This document shows positions 18,498 to 27,001 of a stretch of 64,000 nucleotides of DNA, piece by piece. Below the pieces are notes generated by a model. It worked only from the letters and a program-made list of their open reading frames with translations, was not told where the DNA came from and made no database searches. Position 1 is the first letter of the stretch, and the number at the start of each line of letters is the position of its first letter. Origin of the DNA: Rickettsiales bacterium (GTDB taxonomy: Bacteria; Pseudomonadota; Alphaproteobacteria; Rickettsiales; JABSSG01); contig JBDOIT010000002.1 in NCBI GenBank assembly GCA_047404135.1, positions 294,320 through 358,319 of the forward strand, read 5' to 3'. The position numbers were made by a program, and so were the translations under genes.

Positions 18498-21215
18498 ATG
18501 ATAAAAACCTTATTAACAAAAATCTTTGGTACAGCAAACGATAGAACCATTAATTCTTTTGAATCTATTGTTAATAAAATTAATTCTCTAGAAGAGAAAT
18601 ACTCACCATTAGGTGATAAAGATCTAGCAAAGCAGACAGATCTATTCAAAGCGCAACTTTCTGAAGGAAAAACTTTAGATGAATTGTTGCCAGATGCATT
18701 CGCCGTTGTAAGGGAGGCAGCAAAAAGAACGTTATCCGAGCGCCATTATGATGTGCAGCTAATAGGAGGTCTTGCTCTGCATAAAGGCATGATAGCAGAG
18801 ATGAAAACTGGTGAAGGTAAAACATTGGTTTCAACATTACCTGCTTACCTCAATGCCCTTTCTGGGAAAGGAGTGCATATCGTCACAGTAAATGACTATC
18901 TAGCACAAAGAGACGTGGAATGGGTAGGGCGTATTTTTAGATTCTTAGGATTAACAACTGGGTGCATAACGCATGAATCAACGGATGAACAAAGAAAGGA
19001 ATCATATAATGCTGATATTACCTACTCCACCAATAATGAGTTAGGTTTTGACTATTTACGTGACAATATGCGTTACTCAACTGAGCATATCACGCAACGG
19101 CCTTTTAATTTTGCTATAATTGATGAAGTTGACTCAATCCTGATAGATGAAGCTAGAACCCCTCTAGTTATATCTGGACCTTCGGAAGATAAATCAGAAT
19201 TATACGATGTCGTAGATGCACTAGTTGCCAGGATATCTAAAGAGCATTTTGAAATTGATGAGAAAGCAAAGAATGCAACCCTTACGGACCCAGGCGTCTA
19301 CTATGTACAAGAATTATGCGAAAAAGCGAATCTGATCAATAAAGGCTCTAGTTTGTTTGATATAGAAAATGTCGATGTACTACACCATACAAACCAAGCT
19401 TTAAAAGCTAATCACCTCTTCAAAAAAGATGTGGATTATTTAGTGCGTGACAACCAAGTTCTTATCATTGATGAATTCACTGGACGTGTAATGGAAGGCA
19501 GAAGATTCTCCGAAGGGCTTCACCAGGCTCTCGAAGCAAAAGAAAATGTTATGGTACAAAATGAAAACCAAACATTAGCATCTGTCACTTTCCAAAATTA
19601 CTTCAGGCTATATCCAAAACTATCTGGAATGACAGGAACAGGCGCAACAGAAGCAAATGAATTTGAAGATATCTATAACTTAAAAGTGCTCGCTATACCT
19701 ACAAAAGAAATCGTGCAAAGGATAGATGAAGATGATTTAATTTATAGAACCGCAAAAGAAAAATACAAAGCAATCGGTGAAGAGATAAAAAAGGCATATA
19801 AGAATAAACAACCTGTATTAGTTGGCACAGTAAGCATAGAAAAATCTGAATATATCTCTTCTATGCTTAAAAAAATGAAGATACCTCACAATCTTCTCAA
19901 TGCTAAACATCATGAAAAGGAAGCCCTAATGATAGCGCAAGCTGGTAAACCAGGAGCTATTACAATTGCTACTAATATGGCAGGTAGAGGTACGGATATT
20001 AAACTGGGGGGGAACCCAACAATGTTGGCTTTAGAGAAATTCAAAGACCCATGCAACCCAAAATTCAAACAAGAACTTGAGAAGTTCAACAAAAAAGTTA
20101 AAGAAGATAAAAAAACATCCCTTGATGCTGGCGGGTTACTGGTTGTTTGCACTGAAAGACACGAAAGCAGAAGAATAGATAATCAGCTTAGAGGCCGCTC
20201 TGGAAGAATGGGTGATCCAGGAAGAACCCTCTTTTTCCTTTCTCTAGAGGACGACCTAATGAGGATTTTTGCCTCAGAAAAAATGTCTAGCATGCTAAAA
20301 AGACTTGGGCTAGAAGAAGGAGAAGCAATTGTGCATCCTATCATCAGCAGAACCATAGAAAAAGCTCAGCTAAAAGTCGAAGGAAGAAACTATGAAATCA
20401 GAAAAAATCTACTAAAATTTGATGATGTCATGAATGACCAACGTAAGGTAATTTATGAGCAACGGTTTGAAATCATTTCCGATGAGAGTGTGCACGATAC
20501 AGCTGTAGATCTGTACCAAGAAATGCATCAAGAAATCGTTGATGAATACATGCCCTCAAACAAATTAAAAGAGGAGTGGTCTATAGAAAGCCTAGAAAAA
20601 AGACTATTCTCCATATATAACACGAGCTTTGATATCAATAAGGTTATCGATCAAGATGGTACAGGAAATGAGGAGGCTAAAAACCATCTTGATAAGCAAG
20701 TAGAGATCAAACTCAAAAGCAAGAGAAAATCTTTTGGAGACAAGCTATTCTTTGCAGCAGAACAACGCGTCCTTCTAATTACCATAGACCAGCTCTGGAA
20801 AGATCATTTGCTCTCGTTAGACCATCTAAGAAGCGGTATTTATCTACGTGCTTTTGGACAGAAAGACCCGTTAAATGAATATAAGAGAGAAGCATTTGAA
20901 TATTTCTCGGATATGCTAACTCGTATTAAAGAGATGTATATAACGCGAATTTTCCGTATGGAGATTGATGAGGACCAGGAGCATGAGGTTCTATCTAGTG
21001 AATTCGAACCTCACACAACAATGAATGAGTCGAGAAATGACCCTGCACTGGCAAGCAACCGAGAAGAATCTCAAATTGGCACCCTCACAAATACTGTACC
21101 CCCTGAAGATAGAGATCCAAAAAACCCAGACACATGGGGTAAGGTTGGTAGAAATGAGACATGTCCGTGCAATTCTGGTAAAAAATACAAACATTGCCAC
21201 GGAAAGTTGAGCTAA
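18498..21215 (+). CDS. secA: preprotein translocase ATPase SecA
   Basis: MKTGEGKTLV (Walker A), DEVDSILIDEARTPLIISG-like motif, and a C-terminal zinc-binding CPCNSGKKYKHCHG; 905 aa. Confidence 0.98.
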   Translation: MIKTLLTKIFGTANDRTINSFESIVNKINSLEEKYSPLGDKDLAKQTDLFKAQLSEGKTLDELLPDAFAVVREAAKRTLSERHYDVQLIGGLALHKGMIAEMKTGEGKTLVSTLPAYLNALSGKGVHIVTVNDYLAQRDVEWVGRIFRFLGLTTGCITHESTDEQRKESYNADITYSTNNELGFDYLRDNMRYSTEHITQRPFNFAIIDEVDSILIDEARTPLVISGPSEDKSELYDVVDALVARISKEHFEIDEKAKNATLTDPGVYYVQELCEKANLINKGSSLFDIENVDVLHHTNQALKANHLFKKDVDYLVRDNQVLIIDEFTGRVMEGRRFSEGLHQALEAKENVMVQNENQTLASVTFQNYFRLYPKLSGMTGTGATEANEFEDIYNLKVLAIPTKEIVQRIDEDDLIYRTAKEKYKAIGEEIKKAYKNKQPVLVGTVSIEKSEYISSMLKKMKIPHNLLNAKHHEKEALMIAQAGKPGAITIATNMAGRGTDIKLGGNPTMLALEKFKDPCNPKFKQELEKFNKKVKEDKKTSLDAGGLLVVCTERHESRRIDNQLRGRSGRMGDPGRTLFFLSLEDDLMRIFASEKMSSMLKRLGLEEGEAIVHPIISRTIEKAQLKVEGRNYEIRKNLLKFDDVMNDQRKVIYEQRFEIISDESVHDTAVDLYQEMHQEIVDEYMPSNKLKEEWSIESLEKRLFSIYNTSFDINKVIDQDGTGNEEAKNHLDKQVEIKLKSKRKSFGDKLFFAAEQRVLLITIDQLWKDHLLSLDHLRSGIYLRAFGQKDPLNEYKREAFEYFSDMLTRIKEMYITRIFRMEIDEDQEHEVLSSEFEPHTTMNESRNDPALASNREESQIGTLTNTVPPEDRDPKNPDTWGKVGRNETCPCNSGKKYKHCHGKLS

Positions 21216-21275
21216 AATGTTCATCTATATCTCAACTCATGGTACAATGAACCCGTGTTTTATGCCTTGGTGGAT

Positions 21276-21425
21276 ATGAAAATATTATCATTTTTTTCTA
21301 TAATAACATTACTGCTTTTGTCTTCTTGCGCCACAAAGCCTCGTGTTGTAAAAAGCCCTTGTGTCTCAATGAATCCAGGTGACCCCTGTATCAGGAGAGA
21401 GATAAATGACTGGCTGTCCTTCTAG
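21276..21425 (+). CDS. small putative lipoprotein (49 aa)
   Basis: Hand-translated, below the ORF-track length cut-off: MKILSFFSIITLLLLSSCATKPRVVKSPCVSMNPGDPCIRREINDWLSF. It has a lipobox-like LLSSC after a hydrophobic core and GGTGG just upstream of the ATG. Confidence 0.4.
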   Translation: MKILSFFSIITLLLLSSCATKPRVVKSPCVSMNPGDPCIRREINDWLSF

Positions 21426-21662
21426 TTGACGCGCGTTCTCCATTAATCTATCTTCGTCTGCCAGTATTCAATACTAATCCTTAATGAGGCATAAATGTAT
21501 ACAAGATAAACATAAAGCGAAGATTGCTATGACCCCCAACTCAAGTAGTCCGGCATACAAAGTACTCTACTATGAAAACATGCAATCCTCACCTAGGATT
21601 GATTACCCGCCTCCTAACCTCTTAGGGTTGTTGTCTCAATTCATCTAAATGTTATAATATCT

Positions 21663-22199
21663 CTACCATCTATCCCTACTGGAACCCTTAGCAGGTCTGC
21701 CCTGTAACTTGCTTACAGCTTTTCCTGCCATCTTCCTGACGCTACCTGCAAATCTGTCTGCTCTAATTTTTATTTTAATCGTCTCTGCAAGCAATGCAGC
21801 CTTTCCTTTGCCGATGTGGTGAGATGCAGTTTCAAATGCATCTCCTAATCTTTTCAACACCGTAGCAAAACCTGCTTTTATTATTGCGACAGTATCTTTA
21901 GCGCCCCCCTTCAGAGCTTTCCAGATCTTAGAGGATTGTTCAACAACAGACGTATAGAGCTCTAATGTCTTTTCTTTTACTCTCTCAGGTAAATCTTTAA
22001 AAAAAGCCTTTGTACCATCTATAGCGGACATTAGCCCCTTTCTAATACTAGTCACCATAGCTTGGAACTCAGCGTTCACCCTTAATAAAGCTTGCCCTGA
22101 AGTATTTGTTATATTCTGAATCAACTCATTAACTAGGCTCTTACGTACTCCATACTCTGATACACAGTCATGCGCTTCTTGAACACTTTTACCTACCAC
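21663..22199 (-). CDS. hypothetical protein (orphan, predicted all-helical, basic C-terminus)
   Basis: 178-aa ORF with a GTG start; there is no in-frame ATG near the 5' end and a TAA lies 5 codons upstream. Amphipathic-helix-like sequence throughout, Lys/Arg-rich tail. No family recognised. Confidence 0.5.
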   Translation of the reverse strand: MVGKSVQEAHDCVSEYGVRKSLVNELIQNITNTSGQALLRVNAEFQAMVTSIRKGLMSAIDGTKAFFKDLPERVKEKTLELYTSVVEQSSKIWKALKGGAKDTVAIIKAGFATVLKRLGDAFETASHHIGKGKAALLAETIKIKIRADRFAGSVRKMAGKAVSKLQGRPAKGSSRDRW

Positions 22200-22293
22200 A
22201 CCAATTACCTTGTTTTGTTACTTTATGTAGATTATCCCCTTAAAAGGTTAAAATTTTATTAACGAATCTTTATCCTAATTATTCTGATAATAT

Positions 22294-22322
22294 TTGCCAC
22301 AAAAGCAAAAGCATGGTATATC
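22294..22322 (+). promoter_or_regulatory. candidate sigma70-type promoter of rnpB
   Basis: TTGCCA (22294-22299), a 17-nt spacer, then TATATC (22317-22322), about 12 nt upstream of the predicted P1 stem of RNase P RNA. Confidence 0.35.
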
Positions 22323-22334
22323 TTTCCACTATAA

Positions 22335-22705
22335 GGCGTTTGGCATTTGGGCTATCGCTTGACTTCGGTTAAGAGGAAAGTCCGGACTCCACAGGATAAT
22401 AGTACTGGGTAACGCCCAGCTGGGGAAACCCAAGGGAAAGTGCAGCAGAGAGTAGACATCCTTCTTCGGAAGGTTAAGGTGAAAGGGTGCGGTAAGAGCG
22501 CACCGCGTTTTAGGTGACTAAAACGGCATGGTAAACCCTACTAGGAGCAAGGCTAAATAGGGACGAGATTCTCAATAGAGAGCATAATTCCAAATGTTTT
22601 CGTCCGGGTAAGCTGCTCAAGATTGTTAGTAATAGCAATCGTAGATGAATGATAGCCATAGTCTTTAGACTATACAGAATCCGGCTTATAAAATACCAAA
22701 CGCTT
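22335..22705 (+). ncRNA. rnpB: RNase P RNA, bacterial type A
   Basis: Contains GAGGAAAGTCCGGACTCCACAGG, GGGTAACGCCCAG, GGTAAGAGCGCACC, GGTAAACCC and ACAGAATCCGGCTTA, the universally conserved type-A blocks (P4 strands). The terminal P1 pairs GGCGTTTGG (22335-) with CCAAACGC (-22703). The ends are approximate. Confidence 0.9.
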
Positions 22706-23040
22706 TATTTTCTTTTTATCTGCGATAAAATCAATATGTCTGAAGGGTCTCGGAATATTTAAAGAGATCAATTCTATTGAGAAAGATTATGAAACCACTG
22801 AATCCAAAAAAAACCTTATTGCATCAAGAGCAGAAGAAGCAGGAGATAGCCTGATAAATTCAAATATAATAACCGCAGAAGAGTACGCAGAGCTCAAAGC
22901 CAACCTAACTATATCTCTAAAAAGCGAAAAATCTAATCAGTGTTGTTTCATGAAACAGCAAAATAATATCCTAGCCTATAAAGAATACGAGTGACTTAGT
23001 CGGGTTAGCACAAAAAAAATGATGAACTCTAGATTTACTT

Positions 23041-23601
23041 CTAGCGACTATTAGGGCGAATATTTCTTTGCGTTTCCTTGGAAGAAAAGCTGCCGTCTTT
23101 GTGTGCCCTCTTCTTTTTTTTCCCGGCATCCACAGGTTCATCCGTATATTCTGTTGCTGATTTTCCTTTCTCTAGCATAAAATAGTCCATAGATTCTTTG
23201 ACCTCTTCTATACCCTTAGGCTTCCTGACCTCTTCCTCAGGTCCAGCTTTTGCCATACCTAGCGCCAGAAAAAGTGGCAGCATCTTAGCTATATTTTTTG
23301 CTTCCTCATTACTCAAAGGCTCAGGAAGGGGCTCAGGCGCGCCCGTTTTCTTCGCAATTTTCTCAGATTTTTCTAAGATTCTACCAATCTTAGGGTCATC
23401 TAGATCCATACTCGATAACTCCATCTCAGTTTCTTCTGTTATAGTAGGAAGGCCTTGCACTTTAGGAACTTTAGGCTTCTTGGGTTTTACGTGATTCATT
23501 TTTTTTGCTTTACGCTTGAATCCAAAGACCCCAGCTAATCGAGAAAACATAGATGTAATCTTACTCCAAAATTCTAGAAAAATATTTTTAAAACCAAACA
23601 T
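23041..23601 (-). CDS. hypothetical protein (orphan, Lys/Pro/Glu-rich, probably largely disordered)
   Basis: 186-aa ATG-initiated ORF with an amphipathic N-terminus MFGFKNIFLEFWSKITSMFSRLAGVFGF, then KRKAKKMNHVKPKKPKVPKV and an internal hydrophobic patch MLPLFLALGMAKAG. No family recognised. Confidence 0.55.
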   Translation of the reverse strand: MFGFKNIFLEFWSKITSMFSRLAGVFGFKRKAKKMNHVKPKKPKVPKVQGLPTITEETEMELSSMDLDDPKIGRILEKSEKIAKKTGAPEPLPEPLSNEEAKNIAKMLPLFLALGMAKAGPEEEVRKPKGIEEVKESMDYFMLEKGKSATEYTDEPVDAGKKKKRAHKDGSFSSKETQRNIRPNSR

Positions 23602-24321
23602 CGTACTACCTACTCTTTACTTTACTATCATCTTTTTTCTGGGGAGTTTAATCTGGCCCTTTCTGGCTCTCATCCACCTCCTGAATTGTAGGTAGGTTTG
23701 GAGCGCCCCCCCTTTCTTACCACCTGGATGAATCCCAATCCCCTTCCTGGTCTTTTTCTACTGAATCCTTCTAAAAGTGCCAAAACAATATCTTACTAAT
23801 TATTGTAAGAATAATTATCCCATTTTAAAGTTAACAAAAAGTTAACTGAGGTTAAGAAGGTTGCGCAGCAACGCCGCTTTGACTCACGACGGTGCCCATT
23901 TAGGCTATCTTGGGTTTTAGTATATGATGTAAATAAAAACGGACCATTAGGTCATTCAAGTGAATTAGTGTTAACTAAGTAATCAAAGGATGCAAAGACA
24001 GATTTTGAAGCTTTAATATAAAATTTTTGATATAGAAGATCGACATCACAATGGCATTAGTGAGAAAAACGAAGTTGTTAGTTTATCTTAAACAGGACTA
24101 CAGTGCATCGACTTTAATACTAAGCCTGAGACGGAGTGGGAAAAAGAGCAAGGTATCTTAGATACTATGCAAGTTGAATGGAAAATGGCGTAACTACCGC
24201 TTATGACTTGCTTCTATTTGCTGATATTTAGGGATTTCAGAAAACTAAAGAACGGTAGGTTTAGTATGTAAAGTTGGCATTGTTGCACAGCCCTATCAAA
24301 GCAGGTAAACAAAAATGAGAG

Positions 24322-25593
24322 CTATTGCGAGATAGACTCTTTTCCCATATATCTCTGTAGAGCTTTTGGAACTGAGATAGACCCATCCTTATTCTGGTAG
24401 TTCTCTAAAATAGCAACAATTGTTCTGCCAATTGCCAAACCAGAGCCATTCATAGTATGCATGAATTTTGTTTCCTTTTCGCCAGTCTTTCTGCATCTTG
24501 CTTTCATTCTCCTTGCCTGGAAATCGCCAAATATAGAGCAGCTAGAAATTTCACGATAGCATTGCTGAGAAGGCAGCCAGACTTCTAGATCATACGTCTT
24601 CTTTGCAGAGAATCCAGTATCACCACTACATAGCAAAACTTTCCTATAAGGAAGCTCAAGTTGCTTTAGTATATCTTCTGCAGCTTCTAATAAATTATTA
24701 TACTCTTCCTCAGCTCTCTCCTCATCGGAAATAGTGACAAGCTCAACCTTGGAAAATTGATGCAACCTAATCATTCCCCTTGTATCTTTTCCTGCGCTAC
24801 CAGCCTCAGACCTGAAGCATGGAGTGTATGCAACATAACGCAAAGGGAGGGCTTCTTTATTGATAATATTCCCCGCCACCATGTTAGTCAGAGGAACTTC
24901 TGAAGTTGGAATCAACCACATGCCATCTTTGGTCTCAAAAGAATCTTCAGTAAATTTTGGCAGTTGACCAGTACCATACATAGCATCGCTTTTTACTAAA
25001 AAAGTAGGTGATATTTCTTGAAAACTGAATTTCTTAGTATGCGTATCTATCATAAAGTTAGCCAGAGCCCTTTCCATCGCAGACAAGCTGCCTTTCAAAG
25101 TAACGAACCTACTCCCAGAAATTTTTGCAGTCTGCTCAAAATCCATCATCCCTAGATCCTCACCTAGTTCAAAATGAGGTTTAGGCTCAAAATCAAATTC
25201 GTTAGGAGCGCCATATTCAGAGACGATCTTATTGCTTGATTCATCTTTTCCCTCCGGCACTTCTTTGTCTAAAATATTTGGAATTCTGCTCAGAAAATCT
25301 TCGAATTCCTCTTCAATCTCACGCTCTTTCTCTCTTAGATTATCTGCCTTTCTATTAATTGCCTGAACTCCTTCTCTTGCTTTCTTGAATTCCTCCCCAG
25401 ACTTATCCTCAATTTGCCCAACGACTTTTGACCTCTGATTTCTTTCTTTCTGTAATCCCTGCAGATCCATGATTATCTGACGCCTAGATTCATCTAACTC
25501 TAATATCTTTTTGATATCAACAAACTCACCCCTATTTGACATATGGGTTTGAAATATTTCTAAATTACTTTTTATCCATCTGATATCATGCAT
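24322..25593 (-). CDS. serS: seryl-tRNA synthetase
   Basis: N-terminal coiled-coil arm, class II motifs (FRSEAGSAGKDTRGMIRLHQF, GSGLAIGRT); 423 aa. Confidence 0.97.
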   Translation of the reverse strand: MHDIRWIKSNLEIFQTHMSNRGEFVDIKKILELDESRRQIIMDLQGLQKERNQRSKVVGQIEDKSGEEFKKAREGVQAINRKADNLREKEREIEEEFEDFLSRIPNILDKEVPEGKDESSNKIVSEYGAPNEFDFEPKPHFELGEDLGMMDFEQTAKISGSRFVTLKGSLSAMERALANFMIDTHTKKFSFQEISPTFLVKSDAMYGTGQLPKFTEDSFETKDGMWLIPTSEVPLTNMVAGNIINKEALPLRYVAYTPCFRSEAGSAGKDTRGMIRLHQFSKVELVTISDEERAEEEYNNLLEAAEDILKQLELPYRKVLLCSGDTGFSAKKTYDLEVWLPSQQCYREISSCSIFGDFQARRMKARCRKTGEKETKFMHTMNGSGLAIGRTIVAILENYQNKDGSISVPKALQRYMGKESISQ

Positions 25594-26347
25594 CTTTAAC
25601 GTCCTTATTTTCTTTGTTCAAGAATATACATAATAAAATCGAAATTTCATATAGTAAAATCATAACAGCTGCCAATATTAACTGGCTGAAAACATCTGGA
25701 GGCGTTATTACAGCTGCTATTATGAATATCATTACTATTGCTAACCTACGCTGTTTTTTTAACCCTTCTAAAGGCACTAAACCCACACGATTCAATAATG
25801 TTAACGCTATAGGTATCTGAAATACTATGCCAAAAGCCAAAATAATCTGAGAAGATAACGACAAATACTCACTAACACGAGCCTCTAGTTTTATGGGCAA
25901 CCCTCCTATAGATGAACTTTCAAAACTCAAGAAAAATTTCCATGCTGATGGAAAGACGAGATAGTAAGCCACAAATGCCCCTATCAAAAATAACATCGGC
26001 GTCACAACCAAACATATTGCCATAACTTTCTTTTCACTCCTCTTTAGGCCAGGAGAAACAAAAGAGAAAAATTGTATAGTAAAAAATGGAACAGTAAAAA
26101 ACAGAGCAGCCAGCATAGATAGTTTCAGATATGTAAAAAATGCCTCTGTCAAACCAGTATAGATCATCCATCCCTGCTTCCCTTCACTAGTATAATATTT
26201 AGATAAAGGCGTTAAAAGAAACTGGTAAATATCATCAGCAAAATAATAGCAACCAGCAAAACTTATGAGAAAGAAAATGGTGACATAAATCAGCCGCTTT
26301 TTTAGCTCTCCAAAATGTTCTGCAAAACCTAGTGCATTTTGATCCAT
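25586..26347 (-). CDS. tatC: twin-arginine translocase subunit TatC
   Basis: HFGELKKRLIYV N-terminus, six TM segments, and a conserved (P)PDVFSQ motif near the C-terminus. 8-nt overlap with serS. Confidence 0.93.
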   Translation of the reverse strand: MDQNALGFAEHFGELKKRLIYVTIFFLISFAGCYYFADDIYQFLLTPLSKYYTSEGKQGWMIYTGLTEAFFTYLKLSMLAALFFTVPFFTIQFFSFVSPGLKRSEKKVMAICLVVTPMLFLIGAFVAYYLVFPSAWKFFLSFESSSIGGLPIKLEARVSEYLSLSSQIILAFGIVFQIPIALTLLNRVGLVPLEGLKKQRRLAIVMIFIIAAVITPPDVFSQLILAAVMILLYEISILLCIFLNKENKDVKDA

Positions 26348-26413
26348 TCTTTCTTGATTAATAGTTCATTAATATTATATATTTATAATTTAAAAAAACA
26401 AATTCATTCTCTT

Positions 26414-26683
26414 ATGTCAGAAGGTCTCTATAAAATATTGCCCAATATACAATTCAACCCCATCCAAGAAGTCCTGGAGGGGGGAACAAGAAGTGGAATA
26501 CTCAGCATGATCTTCCCTAACGGCGAAGCAATGTTCAGCTGGTTCAAATCTTTAAATGAAGATAGCCTGAAGCATTTTAGCATAGTAGGAAGGATCAAAG
26601 GCCCTACATTCAATCTAGATAAAAATATTACTTCTCCGATAGGTATCCCAAATATTGCAGGAGTAACAGGAAGAGTAAGATGA
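26414..26683 (+). CDS. hypothetical protein (about 90 aa)
   Basis: An ORF wedged between tatC and hpf on the opposite strand. The ATG at 26414 (MSEGLYKIL..) is preferred to the upstream alternative start at 26339. No motif recognised, so it could be spurious. Confidence 0.35.
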   Translation: MSEGLYKILPNIQFNPIQEVLEGGTRSGILSMIFPNGEAMFSWFKSLNEDSLKHFSIVGRIKGPTFNLDKNITSPIGIPNIAGVTGRVR

Positions 26684-26992
26684 CTATTTATCTTTGTAGC
26701 GCTTATCTCTTAACTTGCTTTTATATTTACGCAATTGAGCTTCAATCTTGTGCAAAGCATCATCAAAAGCCTTATAAACATCAGAATCTTCTGATTCCGC
26801 CACAGCATGCTTATGTGTATGCTCGTGGACTTTGATCTCTGCTACAAAAAACGTCTTGTTTCTCTTAAAAATCACATGAGAATCAATCGCATGTGCAAAA
26901 TACTTCCCTACAACCAACTCTAGCTTTTCTCTCACATGAACTTGCAGTGCTGAACCAATCTCAACCTGCTGGCCCGCGATATTAATTTGCAT
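26684..26992 (-). CDS. hpf: ribosome hibernation promoting factor / sigma-54 modulation protein family (short HPF/RaiA)
   Basis: MQINIAGQQVEIGSALQVHVREKL...YKAFDDALHKIEAQLRKYKSKL matches the S30AE/HPF family pattern; 102 aa. Confidence 0.9.
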   Translation of the reverse strand: MQINIAGQQVEIGSALQVHVREKLELVVGKYFAHAIDSHVIFKRNKTFFVAEIKVHEHTHKHAVAESEDSDVYKAFDDALHKIEAQLRKYKSKLRDKRYKDK

Positions 26993-27001
26993 ACTACCTC
27001 T

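Noticed and set aside
26339-26413. The N-terminal 25 codons of ORF 26339-26683, which overlap the tatC start region.
   Set aside because: It uses an alternative start codon, encodes low-complexity Ile/Leu/Asn sequence and overlaps the tatC 5' end. If the ORF is real, the ATG at 26414 is the more plausible start.
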